NCBI GenBank assembly: GCA_963782055.1
Contig: CAWAIF010000003.1
Span: forward strand, 6,112,001 to 6,176,000
DNA from: an uncultured delta proteobacterium
Lineage (GTDB): Bacteria; Myxococcota_A; Polyangia; Polyangiales; Polyangiaceae
Reading direction: 5' to 3'
DNA length: 64,000 bases
Part shown: positions 42,084 to 52,226 of the stretch, piece by piece
Layout of the letters: each line of letters starts with the position of its first letter
How positions within the stretch are numbered: the first letter of the stretch is position 1
Program-made: the position numbers and the translations under genes
Notes under the pieces: generated by a model
The model's input: the letters and a program-made list of their open reading frames with translations, nothing else
Told to the model about the DNA's origin: nothing
The model's database searches: none

Positions 42084-42833
42084 TCACAAGACGACCACGT
42101 TGTCGAAGTCGACCGCCCTGCCGAGGGCCAGCGTCACGTCGTCAACGATGCCGATGGCGAGCTCGGAGCCCGAGGTGACGCCGACGCCGATGGGGCCCAC
42201 CATGTTGTTGTCGTACTTGATGCCAATCAATCCCGGGCTGCAGAGGACGGTGATGGTGTGCCACATGGCGTCCGTCGCGCTGGCCAGGCCCACCACCCCT
42301 CCCTTGTCGTCCTTGACGTGGACGCCCTGGCCATCCACGGAGAACGTCAGCGTCCCGGTGGGGTCGGTGATGCGCATGAAGTCGGCGGCGACGCTGCCGG
42401 AGACGAAGCGCGCGTTCACGGTGATGGTCTTGGGGCTGGTCGTGATCTTCTCCGTCACCGCCGCGTGCTGACCCACCCCCGAGACCTTCGCCTCCATGGC
42501 GTTCGGATCAGAGAGCGGGTTGGTCTGCACCACCGCCAGGGTCCCCCCGTTGACGTCCTGCGCGTCCCACTTCATCGCGGGGTTGCTGCCCTCGTCCCAG
42601 TCGGCGCAGAAGATGGCCTGCGGGTGCGACGCGCAGTACCCCAGGTCGGGCGCGTCGGGCTGACCGCCGCCGTCGTCCGCGTCGACGGCGTCCGCGCCCG
42701 CGTCGTCCGGCGCGGCCTGGTCCGGCTCCTCCGCGGCGTCGGAGCCCCCGGCGTCGCCGCTGCTCCCGAAGGAGTCGGGCCCGCACGCGGCGGTGAGCAA
42801 GAGCACGAGCACGACGGACGAAGGAAGGCGCAT
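42084..42833 (-). CDS. Hypothetical lipoprotein (beta-rich)
   Basis: LTAAC lipobox, Asp/Ala/Gly linker, IFCADWD motif. Confidence 0.7.
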   Translation of the reverse strand: MRLPSSVVLVLLLTAACGPDSFGSSGDAGGSDAAEEPDQAAPDDAGADAVDADDGGGQPDAPDLGYCASHPQAIFCADWDEGSNPAMKWDAQDVNGGTLAVVQTNPLSDPNAMEAKVSGVGQHAAVTEKITTSPKTITVNARFVSGSVAADFMRITDPTGTLTFSVDGQGVHVKDDKGGVVGLASATDAMWHTITVLCSPGLIGIKYDNNMVGPIGVGVTSGSELAIGIVDDVTLALGRAVDFDNVVVL

Positions 42834-42868
42834 ACCGACGAGTATAGCGCCACGGGGGCGCGCGGGCC

Positions 42869-43102
42869 TCAGTGCATGGCGAGCCCGAGGAAGTAGGGCC
42901 ACACGATCAGCGCCAGGAGCGCCTTCCACCACACCAGCTTGAGCAAGCCGAGGGTGAACAGCCAGCCGCCGAACCAGAGCGTGCCCGCGAGGGGCGGCCC
43001 CGGCCGGAGGCGCGCGGACCGCTCCGCGCGTGCCCTGGTCTTGCGCTCGGTGGGCTCGACGTGGACGTCGATGTGAGGGAGAGCGGGAGTCTGGGTGGTC
43101 AT
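42869..43102 (-). CDS. Small membrane protein
   Basis: 77 aa ending GTLWFGGWLFTLGLLKLVWWKALLALIVWPYFLG. Confidence 0.65.
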   Translation of the reverse strand: MTTQTPALPHIDVHVEPTERKTRARAERSARLRPGPPLAGTLWFGGWLFTLGLLKLVWWKALLALIVWPYFLGLAMH

Positions 43103-43321
43103 GGTGCGCCGAGTTGCAACGGGTGGACCAGCGCGCAGCCGGCCAAGCGCCGGATGCGCGGGGCGGCGGGCGTGCTGCGGCAGAAGAGGTTGCGCGCGCG
43201 TGCAGGGCTTGCGATGCGCGCGCGGCGGCGGGAGGGAGGGCTGGCGATCATGCATGCGGTTGCGCCGTCTCGTCTCGTCGAAGCGAATCCCATGCCACGC
43301 GCCGTGGGCTACAGTCCTCGC

Positions 43322-44581
43322 GTGGGCTTCTTCTCCAAGCTCTTCGGCAGGCCGGCCCCTCCTCGCGCGCCGCAACCCACGGCGCCGGCAACGGCTGCAC
43401 ATGCGCCGCCACCGGCGGCGGAGCCTGACCGGAGGGAGGAGCCGGAGTCGGACCTGGACCGGCTGGGCAAGAGCGGGGCGCCGGGAGGCCCGGCGGTGGA
43501 GGAGGCGGTCGCCATCTTCCGCCGGCTGCGCACCACACCGGACGAGGGGCACGCGATCGAGCGGATCCAGCAGGCGACGCTGGAGCGGGTCGTGCCGGAG
43601 CCGCTGCTGGTGGCGGCGGCGGCGGCGCTCGTCGACCGCGGCGAGCCGGCGAACGCGCTCACCCTGCTCGACCACGCGGGCAGCGCGCCGGGCCTGCTGC
43701 TGCGCGCCGACCTGGAGGCGGAGCGCGGGGACGTGCCGCGCGCCCTGGCGCTGGTGGAGCGGGTGCTGCTGCGCGAGCTGGATCACCCCGGCGCGCGCGA
43801 GCGGCACCGCCGCTGGCGGGAGGAGCTCGGCCTGGTGGAGGGCCGGCGGCCCGACGCAGCGACGAGCACCGTCGTCTCGGCGGAGCCCGACGCCCCCTAC
43901 CAGCTCCTGCGCGAGGTCGCGCGCGGCGGCGCCGGCGCCGTCTACGAGGCGGACGATCGCGAGCTCGGCCGGCGCGTCGCGCTGAAGGTCTACCACGAGC
44001 CCACGCGCGACCGGGACCAGCTCGTCCACGAGGCGCGCGTCGCGGTGAGCCTCAGCGGGCCCGGGGTGGTGCGCGTCTTCGACCTGGACCCCGATCACGG
44101 CTGGATCGCCCTGGAGTGGGCGCCGCTGGGGGCGGTGCGCGAGCGCCTGCGCGCCGGCGATCTCGCGTCGCTGCTGCCGGTGGAGCGCTGGGCGCTGCCG
44201 CTGGCCCAGGCGCTCGCCCGCGTGCACGACGCCGGCTGGGTGCACCTGGACGTGAAGCCCGCCAACGTGCTGGTGCTCGCGCCGGACCGGCCGGCGCTCA
44301 CCGACTTCGGCATCGCCCGCCGCGCGGGGGCGCAGAGCCCGCGAGGGAGCATGGGCTACGTCAGCCCGGAGCGGATGAAGGGAAAGCGTGCAGACTACAA
44401 GGATGACGTCTACGGCTTCGGGCGCATCCTGGAGGACGTGCTGGACGCCGCGGACGACCCGGCGGCGTCGGCGCGGTGGCGGGCGCTGGCGCGGGCGTGC
44501 ACCGGTCCGGAGGAGGCGCGCCCGGCCCACGCGCGGGATCTGGTCCTGCGCGTCCGGGCCGCCGTCGCTTCGGCATCGTGA
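43322..44581 (+). CDS. Ser/Thr kinase with helical/TPR-like N-terminus
   Basis: ARGGAGAVY, VALK, HLDVKPAN, DFG, SPE; GTG start inferred. Confidence 0.85.
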   Translation: MGFFSKLFGRPAPPRAPQPTAPATAAHAPPPAAEPDRREEPESDLDRLGKSGAPGGPAVEEAVAIFRRLRTTPDEGHAIERIQQATLERVVPEPLLVAAAAALVDRGEPANALTLLDHAGSAPGLLLRADLEAERGDVPRALALVERVLLRELDHPGARERHRRWREELGLVEGRRPDAATSTVVSAEPDAPYQLLREVARGGAGAVYEADDRELGRRVALKVYHEPTRDRDQLVHEARVAVSLSGPGVVRVFDLDPDHGWIALEWAPLGAVRERLRAGDLASLLPVERWALPLAQALARVHDAGWVHLDVKPANVLVLAPDRPALTDFGIARRAGAQSPRGSMGYVSPERMKGKRADYKDDVYGFGRILEDVLDAADDPAASARWRALARACTGPEEARPAHARDLVLRVRAAVASAS

Positions 44582-44632
44582 ACGGCCGTCCCGCTTGACG
44601 AAGGCCGCTTGCGGTACCAGATTGTCCGGACC

Positions 44633-45829
44633 ATGCCTCCGAAGACCTACAGCGACCTGCTGGCCGACACCAAGAAGCGCATCCAGGAGGTCTCCCTCGA
44701 CGAGCTCAGGCGCCGGCTGGACGCCGGCGAGCCGGTGGTGCTCGTCGACGTGCGGGAGAAGGAGGAGTACCGCGCCGGCTTCATCCCGGGCGCCATCTCG
44801 GTGCCGCGCGGCTTTTTGGAGCAGCAGATTGAGCAGAAGGTCCCGGACAAGACGGCGCGCGTGGTCGCCTACTGCGCCGGCGGCGTGCGCAGCGCCTTCG
44901 CGGCGGAGACGCTCGCGCAGCTCGGCTACGTCAACGTGGAGAGCGCCAACCCCGGCTTCGTCCGGTGGAAGGACCTCGGCCACCCCATCGACCATCCCCC
45001 CCAGCTCACCGAGTCGCAGCGCGACCGCTACTCCCGCCACATCCTCTTGCCGGAGGTGGGGGAGGCCGGGCAGGTCAAGCTGCTCAAGTCGAAGGTGCTG
45101 CTCCTCGGCGCCGGCGGCCTGGGCTCGCCCGCGGCGCTCTACCTGGCGGCGGCGGGCGTCGGCACCCTCGGGATCGTCGACGCCGACGTGGTGGACGCCT
45201 CCAACCTGCAGCGGCAGATCCTCCACGCCACCAGCCGCGTCGGCATGCCCAAGGTGGAGAGCGCGGCGAAGGCCATCGCCGACCTCAACCCCGACGTGAA
45301 GGTGATCCAGCACAGGGAGCGGATGACCAGCGAGAACGTGGAGCGCCTCTTCGCCGGCTACGATCTGGTCGTCGACGGGACGGACAATTTCCCGACACGC
45401 TACCTGGTCAACGACGCGAGCGTGTTCCTCGGCAAGCCTGTCGTGCACGGGTCCATCTTCCGCTTCGACGGCCAGGTGACGACCTTCGTGCCGAAGAAGG
45501 CGGCGCTCAAGTTCGGGGTGCCGGAGAGCCCGTGCTACCGGTGCCTGTACCCCGAGCCGCCGCCGCCGCACCTGGCGCCGAGCTGCCAGGAGGCGGGGGT
45601 GCTCGGGATCCTCTGCGGCATCATCGGCACCCTGCAGGCGACGGAGGCCATCAAGCTGATCCTCGGCAAGGGCGACGTCCTCGGCGGGCGCCTGCTCACC
45701 TACGACAGCCTGAAGATGCGCTTCCGCGAGCTGCGCCTGCGCAAGGACGCGGCATGCCCGGTGTGCGGCCCGAAGCCGAGTATCACCAGGTACGTGGACT
45801 ACGAGGGGTTCTGCGCGCTGGGGGCGTGA
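44633..45829 (+). CDS. moeB: Rhodanese-ThiF fusion adenylyltransferase (MoeB/MoeZ-like)
   Basis: N-terminal rhodanese CAGGVRS; RYSRH, GAGGLG, SNLQRQ, DNFPTRY, CYRC, CPVC motifs. Confidence 0.93.
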   Translation: MPPKTYSDLLADTKKRIQEVSLDELRRRLDAGEPVVLVDVREKEEYRAGFIPGAISVPRGFLEQQIEQKVPDKTARVVAYCAGGVRSAFAAETLAQLGYVNVESANPGFVRWKDLGHPIDHPPQLTESQRDRYSRHILLPEVGEAGQVKLLKSKVLLLGAGGLGSPAALYLAAAGVGTLGIVDADVVDASNLQRQILHATSRVGMPKVESAAKAIADLNPDVKVIQHRERMTSENVERLFAGYDLVVDGTDNFPTRYLVNDASVFLGKPVVHGSIFRFDGQVTTFVPKKAALKFGVPESPCYRCLYPEPPPPHLAPSCQEAGVLGILCGIIGTLQATEAIKLILGKGDVLGGRLLTYDSLKMRFRELRLRKDAACPVCGPKPSITRYVDYEGFCALGA

Positions 45830-45840
45830 TCCCGTAGTCC

Positions 45841-46641
45841 CTACTTCTGGCAGGCGCCCGTCACGCACTGCATCCCGAAGAACACGCAGTTGGTGCAGCC
45901 CTGTCCGCCCGAGCCGCAGGCGAAGGGCTGCGTGCCGACCGCGCAGACGCCGTCGGTCGTGCAGCAGCCGGCGCAGGTCTCGGGACCGCACGGCGGCCCC
46001 GCGTCGGAGCACACGCCGCCTCCACCGTCGAGGAGCTCGCAGTGGCCGGAAGCTTGGGCCGGGTTGCACCGCAGGCACGGCTCGCCCCCATGCCCGCAAG
46101 CGTTGTCGTGGCGCCCGGAAGCGCAGTACTCATCGCTGTCGCCGAAGCAACAGCCGTCGCAGTTCGCCGAGTTGCACGGCCCGCCCGTGGGGTAATAGCA
46201 GGTTGCGCCCTTGCAGATGTCCTCCTTTGGGCACACCTCGCATGGCTCGCCGTAGCCTCCGCACACCCAACCGGCATCGACGTCTGCGGGCCCCTGATAG
46301 CAACCGCCATCAGGGACACAGCAAGACTTCGGGCACGTGGCGAAGCCGCACCCGGCCGGGGTGACGTCCGGCTCGGCATCGACGCCCCCCTCACCGTCGA
46401 CGCCGGCGTGTGCCTCCTGCGAGCCGTCCGCAGCCGTGCCATCGAGGATGGTTCCATCCTCCGAAGCGTCATTGATCTCGTGGAGATACAGGCCCGTTCG
46501 GCTTCCGCACCCCTGCCAGCAGAGCGCCATGAAGCACGCCCCCGCGATCGCGAGGAAGCCCCATCGGCGCGGCGTCCCCATCAGCCCCATCAGAGGAGCG
46601 CCGCGCCAACCGGTCTGCATAGGCCAACGCGGAGCGTTCAA
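45841..46641 (-). CDS. Cassette 1 gene A: Cys-rich lipoprotein
   Basis: QGC-GSRTGL lipobox; CDGCC/CAGCC repeats; in-frame TTG overlaps the B1 stop (later ATGs possible). Confidence 0.8.
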   Translation of the reverse strand: MNAPRWPMQTGWRGAPLMGLMGTPRRWGFLAIAGACFMALCWQGCGSRTGLYLHEINDASEDGTILDGTAADGSQEAHAGVDGEGGVDAEPDVTPAGCGFATCPKSCCVPDGGCYQGPADVDAGWVCGGYGEPCEVCPKEDICKGATCYYPTGGPCNSANCDGCCFGDSDEYCASGRHDNACGHGGEPCLRCNPAQASGHCELLDGGGGVCSDAGPPCGPETCAGCCTTDGVCAVGTQPFACGSGGQGCTNCVFFGMQCVTGACQK

Positions 46642-47279
46642 TTCGTAAGGGTGACGCTGTCGCACGGGGAGCCACCGCAGAGATTCGTATTCGCGCAGAG
46701 ATCTCCGCCACTGAAGGACACCTTCGTCCCCCAGGCGCTATTCTCGAAGTAGCCATCCTCCCCGCCCGGCAGCGAGCCAGGGTAGTACGAGTACACGTTG
46801 TTGGACCAGTAGACCCAGAAGCAGGTGGGGGACCCGAGACAGAACTGATCACTATCAAGATTCTCTGTACCCTGCCCGGCGAGACAAAGCCGCGCGAAGC
46901 TGCCCGAAGTAGGGCAGTTACTCACATCGTAGACCCAGAGGTCGCTGTACGCACAATTGGGGTCCCCCGAGATCGCCGCCGACTGCTGGGCCACTGCTTC
47001 CCCACCGCCGGTCACGCTCGTGCCTGGATCGGGCTGAGGCGCAGGTTGGTGGTTGAGGAACGCCTTCTTCGCGGCCAGCTCCCTCGCGTATTGTTCGGGT
47101 GACGCGACGTAGTGGTACGTGTGCAGCTTCCCGTCGGGCCCGACGCGGATCACCGTCGTGTCCACGCCGTCGGTGGGCGGCGTCGCCCCACCCGAGGAAC
47201 ACCCGGCTCCGACGAGAACACCCACCGCGACCATCGCGAGCACACCGATCCAGCGTCCAGAAATCTTGTTCTTGACCAT
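46638..47279 (-). CDS. Cassette 1 gene B: lipoprotein with Cys-containing beta-rich C-terminal domain
   Basis: MVKNKISGRW..VGAGC lipobox; GAGG RBS; QQSAAI junction then DLWVYD..RLCLAGQG..W.NNVYSY. Confidence 0.8.
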   Translation of the reverse strand: MVKNKISGRWIGVLAMVAVGVLVGAGCSSGGATPPTDGVDTTVIRVGPDGKLHTYHYVASPEQYARELAAKKAFLNHQPAPQPDPGTSVTGGGEAVAQQSAAISGDPNCAYSDLWVYDVSNCPTSGSFARLCLAGQGTENLDSDQFCLGSPTCFWVYWSNNVYSYYPGSLPGGEDGYFENSAWGTKVSFSGGDLCANTNLCGGSPCDSVTLTN

Positions 47280-47298
47280 CTTGCACCTCACAGGATTG

Positions 47299-48798
47299 GT
47301 CTCTGCTTAGCGGCCGGAAGACGGCCCGCGGCCCGGGCGTGACGTCGACCGTCGGAGGACTCGCCGGCTAGTGGGCAAAGACAGACGGAGGCGGCTTGCC
47401 GTGGAGGTGACTTTCGTACAGCCCGATGACGAAGCCCCGAAGCGGGAGCCGGCACTTGCGCCGCGTCTGCGTGATGCTCATCCAGTGCGCCAGGGTGGCG
47501 CTGCCGGCGGCCGAGCGCGTTCCGCCGGTCATCGCGCGGTGCCGCCCGTGGGCGCGGATGTCGCGTTCGGTCGCGTTGTTCGTGGCCGGGACGTCGGGGC
47601 GGTCGATGAAGAGCGTCACCCCCACCTTGTGCTCGTCGAGGCGCTCCTGCAGCCGGACGATGTCCGGGAACTCCACGAAGTTGGTGCTGCTGATGAGATG
47701 GCCGAGGCGGATGCGCGCGCCTCGGCGCTGCTCGGGATCGCCGCTCGCCGCGGCGTGCTTGCCCGCGACGTAGAAGCCGATGAGTCGGTCGCGGCGCACG
47801 GGGTGAGCTCGGCGATCTTCTTGGCCTCGCGGATGGTGTGCGCACCGCAGTAGGCGTGGGTCCAGCCGTCGTGACTCGTGTACACGCCGTAGAAGTCGGT
47901 GCACAGGACTCCTTTGAAGCTCGCGCCGAGCATCGACTCGGCGACCCACGCGCCGCGCGACAGCTCGGCGCGGAAGACCGAGACGCGGTCGGTGCGCATC
48001 AGCCACATCCAACCCGGCACGCCGTCCTGTCGATGGCCGCTCTCGTCGAGGCCCGCCACGGGCGATGCGCGCACCGCGTCGACCAGCTCGTCGTAGCTCG
48101 GCGCCGAGCGGCGTCGCAATCGGTCGAACATCTGCGCCAGGCCGCCGGTCGTGATCGAGATGCCGAGCCACTGTCCGAGGAACGCACTGATCTTGCCCAG
48201 CGGCATGTCGCGCTCGAAGCGCAGGTCCAGCGCCATCGCCTGCACGTTGGGGCCGAACGACACCGCGGCGACGCTCTTGCCCGCCGCCGGCGCGCCCGGC
48301 AGCTTCGCGACCACGCGCTTGTGGCACACCTCGCAGCTGCCGACGTGCGCCACGTGATGCGTCTGCCGCGGCTGCACCACTGGGATGTCGGTGACGACTG
48401 TGCTGTCCGTCTCGCCCGTCGCCACGACTGCCCCGCCACAGCTGCACGTCGCCGGCATCTCGTGCACGACTTCGTCGTCGACGTGGGCCGGTGCGGCGGG
48501 CCGCGATCCGACATGGCCCACCTTGCGGCCGCGCGGCTTGCCCGAGGGCGCCCGCCGACCCTCGGAGCGCGACGTCCGCCGCTTCCCGCGCTCCCGGAAC
48601 CCGCGCTTCCACTCCTCGATCTCCTTGCGCAGCTTCGCCAGCTCTTCGCGAAGCGCGGCGTTCTCCTGCTCCAGCTCCTGGATCCGCTGCTCGGGCGTCA
48701 CGTGATCCGGGATGCTCCCGATCAGGCCCCATGGAAAGAACTTCTCGCATCAGGAACGAAGAATGGACCCACAGTGTGCGACACCGCTAAGCAGACAC
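47299..48798 (-). mobile_element. IS66-family element (single ORF), copy 1, frameshifted
   Basis: IRs GTCTCTGCTTAGCGG / CCGCTAAGCAGACAC; 8-bp duplication CAGGATTG; DESG, TDFY, CGAH, TNNATER motifs; 16-bp deletion near 47787 relative to copy 2. Confidence 0.9.
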
Positions 48799-49007
48799 CA
48801 GGATTGTGCCCCCCCCCCGCGTCGCCGCGGGATGAGTGCACCGCGATGACAGCACCGCCGGCTGAGCCGTGCAAGGGGAAAAGGACGCAGGCGAGACCAC
48901 TACCAGCTAGCGGGTAGATCGTTTGCCCCGCTCGCCTGGCCCATGCGGTCGAGGCCGGTCCACCTCGCTGATGGCCCCCTGCGTCAGAGCTGCCAGGAGG
49001 GGGGTCG

Positions 49008-49111
49008 GCGAGCTGCGCCTGCGCAAGGACGCGGCGTGCCCGGTGTGCGGCCCGAGGCCGAGCATCACCAAGTACGTGGACTACGAGGGCTTCTGCGCGC
49101 TGGGGGCGTGA
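49008..49111 (+). repeat. moeB 3'-end copy 2
   Basis: Encodes ELRLRKDAACPVCGPRPSITKYVDYEGFCALGA*, near-identical to 45726-45829. Confidence 0.95.
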
Positions 49112-49122
49112 CCGCGTAGTCC

Positions 49123-49902
49123 CTACTTCCGGCAGGCGCCCGTCACGCACTGCATCCCGAAGAACACGCAGTTGGTGCAGCCCTGTCCGCCCGAGCCGCA
49201 GGCGAAGGGCTGGGTGCCCACCGCGCAGACGCCGTCGGTCGTGCAGCAGCCGGCGCAGGTCTGGGGGCTGCACGGGGGGCCCGCGTCGGAGCACACGCCA
49301 CCGCCGCCGTCGAGCAGCTCGCAGTGGGCGGAGCCCAGCTTCGGCTTGCACAGCGAGCACGGCAGACCGCCGTGCCCACACGCGTTGTCGTGTCGTCCGG
49401 AGGAGCAGTAGTCGTTTCCGTAGCAGCACCCGTCGCAGTTGGAGGGGTTACACGGACCATCCGTATTGATCAAACAGGATTGGCTCTTGCAGAAATAGCC
49501 CTTTGGGCACGTCTCACACGGCTCGCCGAAGCCCCCACACACCTGATGGTCCGGATCTTGGGGCCCCTGGAAGCAACCGCCGTCCGGGAGACAGCAAGTC
49601 GAACAAGTATCGAAGCCGCAACCGGTGGGGATGACGTCCGGCTCGGCGTCGACGCCTCCCTCCGCATCGAGGGCGGCGTCGGTCTCCTGCGATGCGTCCC
49701 GCGCCGCGCCATCGAGGATGGTTCCATCGTCCGATGCATCGCTGACGTCGTTGAGATACAGGCCCGTTCGACTTCCGCAGCCCCACCACGAGACGGACAC
49801 GACGCACGCCCCGGCGATCATGAGGAATGCCCATCGGCGCGGCGCCTCCGTCGGGGGAGCGCCGCGCCGACCATTCCGCGGAAGCCGCCGGGCAGCGCTC
49901 AA
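49123..49902 (-). CDS. Cassette 2 gene A: Cys-rich lipoprotein
   Basis: WGC-GSRTGL; C-terminus near-identical to A1; start uncertain. Confidence 0.8.
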   Translation of the reverse strand: MSAARRLPRNGRRGAPPTEAPRRWAFLMIAGACVVSVSWWGCGSRTGLYLNDVSDASDDGTILDGAARDASQETDAALDAEGGVDAEPDVIPTGCGFDTCSTCCLPDGGCFQGPQDPDHQVCGGFGEPCETCPKGYFCKSQSCLINTDGPCNPSNCDGCCYGNDYCSSGRHDNACGHGGLPCSLCKPKLGSAHCELLDGGGGVCSDAGPPCSPQTCAGCCTTDGVCAVGTQPFACGSGGQGCTNCVFFGMQCVTGACRK

Positions 49903-50189
49903 TTCGTGAGGGTGAGGGTGTCGCACGGGGACCCACCGCACAGGTTCGTGTTCGTGCAGTTATCTCCACCACTGAAGTACACCTTCGTCCCCCACGCCGT
50001 ATTCTCGAAGTATCCGTCCTCCCCGCCAGGGATACTACCCGGCCAGTACGAGTACACGTTGTTGGACCAGTACACGGTGAAGCAGGTTCCACCGCTGCAG
50101 AGCAAGAACGTGTCGTTGTCGAGGTTCTCCGTACCCTGACCCGCAAAGCAGACCCGCATCCAGCGTCCAGAAATCTTGTTCTTGACCAT
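49899..50189 (-). pseudogene. Cassette 2 gene B with in-frame internal deletion
   Basis: MVKNKISGRW joined directly to MRVCFAGQG; about 350 bp shorter than B1, lacks the signal peptide. Confidence 0.8.
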
Positions 50190-50405
50190 CTTGCACCTCA
50201 GAGGATTGTGCCCCCCCGCGTCGCCGCGGGATCAGTGCACCGCGATGACAGCACCGCCGGCTGAGCCGTGCAAGGGGGAAATGACGCAGGCGAGACCACT
50301 ACCAGCTAGCGGGTAGATCGTTTGCCCCGCTCGCCCGGCCTACGCGGTCGAGGCCGACCCACCTCGCTGACGTCCCCCTGCGTCAGAGCTGGCGGGAGGT
50401 GGGTG

Positions 50406-50513
50406 TTCCGCGAGCTGCGCCTGCGCAAGGACACGGCATGCCCGGTGTGCGGCCAGAAGCCGAGCATCACCAGGTACGTGGACTACGAGGGGTTCTGCAC
50501 GCCGGGGGCGTGA
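50406..50513 (+). repeat. moeB 3'-end copy 3
   Basis: Encodes FRELRLRKDTACPVCGQKPSITRYVDYEGFCTPGA*. Confidence 0.95.
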
Positions 50514-50526
50514 TCGCTCTGACTTA

Positions 50527-51225
50527 CTACTTGCTGCACACCTGTTCGACGCAATGCGTCCCGTGAAAGACGCAATCGTCGCAGGCGACACCGCCCTTGC
50601 CGCAGGCGAACGGCTGCGTCCCGATGGCGCAGGTGCCGTCTGCCGTGCAGCACCCGGGGCAGTTGTCCGGGGAGCATGGGGGCGCGGCGTCGAGGCACTC
50701 GCCTCCGCCCGCTTCCAGAGGCGTGCACGGGTCGCACGCGTCGCAGTGCCCCCCCCCGTGACCACACGCCCGCGCGTGGATGCCGCTCGCGCACCAGTCG
50801 GTTCCTTGGAAGCAGCAGCCCTCGCAGTTGGACGCGTTGCACGGGCCGTCCGTGAAGTGGAAGCACGTGCCCTGCTTGCAGTACCCGGCCTCGGGACACG
50901 TCTCACAGGCCTCTCCGTGGTCGCCGCACTGCGACTGGTTTGGTTGGGGCTCGATGCACGTCCCGTCCGGCGTGCAGCACCCCTTCTCGCAGGTCGCCAG
51001 GCCGCACCCGCCCTCCGCGCCGCCGTCGACATCCATGTTGGAGTCGGCGTCGGCTTCGGCTTCGGGTGCGTCGCCGAACCCATCTTCCGCAACTGTACCG
51101 TCCACGGCGCCATCCTGAACGAGGCCCCCCCCGAGCCCCGTTCGACTACCGCATCCACCGATGCCGAGGTCGACGGGCAGCGCGGACGCCAGCGCAACGA
51201 TGAGCAGACGATGCCAGCGCACCAC
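50527..51225 (-). CDS. Cassette 3 gene A: Cys-rich lipoprotein (second subtype)
   Basis: GGC-GSRTGL; similar Cys scaffold; C-terminus DNCPGCC..CVFHGTHC. Confidence 0.8.
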   Translation of the reverse strand: MVRWHRLLIVALASALPVDLGIGGCGSRTGLGGGLVQDGAVDGTVAEDGFGDAPEAEADADSNMDVDGGAEGGCGLATCEKGCCTPDGTCIEPQPNQSQCGDHGEACETCPEAGYCKQGTCFHFTDGPCNASNCEGCCFQGTDWCASGIHARACGHGGGHCDACDPCTPLEAGGGECLDAAPPCSPDNCPGCCTADGTCAIGTQPFACGKGGVACDDCVFHGTHCVEQVCSK

Positions 51226-51244
51226 GATCGCCTTGTCGGACCGA

Positions 51245-51871
51245 TCAGTCGGTCAGCACCAGCGTGTCGCAGTCACCACCAGGGTTGCAGAGGTTGGTGT
51301 TGGTGCATCCCTGATTGGCACTGAAGCTCACCTGGGTTCCCCAAGCATTGTTCTCGAAATACCCAACCTCCGATCCGGGGGAGAACGAGTACACGTTGGC
51401 GTCCCAGTACACATAGAAGCAGCTTCCACCGCAGATGTAGAAGCCCTGGTTGTCGAGATTCGCCGTTCCCGAGCCGTTGAAGCAGATGCGGGCGGAGCCA
51501 CTGCCGGGGCATCCGCTCTGATCGTAGACCCAGAGATCACCGCCCGCGCAGGTCACCACCGAGATCGCCGCCGACTGCTGGGAGACGTCTTCCCCGCTCC
51601 CCGTGACGCTCGTGCCCGGATCGGGTTGCGGCGCAGTCTCGTGGTTGAGGAACGCCTTCTTGGCTGCCAGCTCCCTCGCGTACTGCTCGGGGGACGCGAC
51701 GTAGTGGTACGTGTGCAGCTTCCCGTCGGGCCCGACGCGGATCACCGTCGTGTCCACGCCGTCGGTGGGCGGCGTCGCCCCACCCGAGGAACACCCGCCT
51801 CCGACGAGGACGCCCACCGCCACCATCGCGAGCACACCAATCCAGCGCCCAGAAATCTTGTTCTTGACCAT
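51245..51871 (-). CDS. Cassette 3 gene B lipoprotein
   Basis: N-terminal half near-identical to B1; C-terminal domain divergent. Confidence 0.82.
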   Translation of the reverse strand: MVKNKISGRWIGVLAMVAVGVLVGGGCSSGGATPPTDGVDTTVIRVGPDGKLHTYHYVASPEQYARELAAKKAFLNHETAPQPDPGTSVTGSGEDVSQQSAAISVVTCAGGDLWVYDQSGCPGSGSARICFNGSGTANLDNQGFYICGGSCFYVYWDANVYSFSPGSEVGYFENNAWGTQVSFSANQGCTNTNLCNPGGDCDTLVLTD

Positions 51872-52119
51872 CTTGCACCTCACAGGATTGTGCCCCCCGC
51901 CCCCCCGCGTCGCCGCGGGGGGGGTGCAGTCCCGATGACAGCACCGCCGGCTGAGCCGTGCAAGGGGAAAGGACGGGAAAGGACGCCGACGGGACCACTA
52001 CCAGCTAGTGGGTGGATCGTTTGCCCCGCTCGCCTGGCCTACGCGGTCGAGGCCGGTCCACCTCGCTGACGTCCCCCCGCGTCAGAGCCGCGAGGAGGCG
52101 GGGATCCCCGAGCCACGCG

Positions 52120-52215
52120 TGCGCAAGGACGCGGCGTGCCCGGTGTGCGACCCGAACGAAGCCGAGCATCACCAGGTACGTGGACTACGAGGGGTTCTGC
52201 GCGCTGGGGGCGTGA
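52120..52215 (+). repeat. moeB 3'-end copy 4 (degenerate)
   Basis: GCGCAAGGACGCGGCGTGCCCGGTGTGCG..GGGGCGTGA with a small insertion (CCCGAACGAAGCCG). Confidence 0.92.
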
Positions 52216-52226
52216 TCCCGTAGTCC

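Noticed and set aside
48923..52215. Small plus-strand ORFs ending in the moeB C-terminus (48923-49111, 50322-50513, 52012-52215)
   Set aside because: Weak TTG/GTG starts running through leader sequence into the repeat; more simply by-products of the tail duplication.
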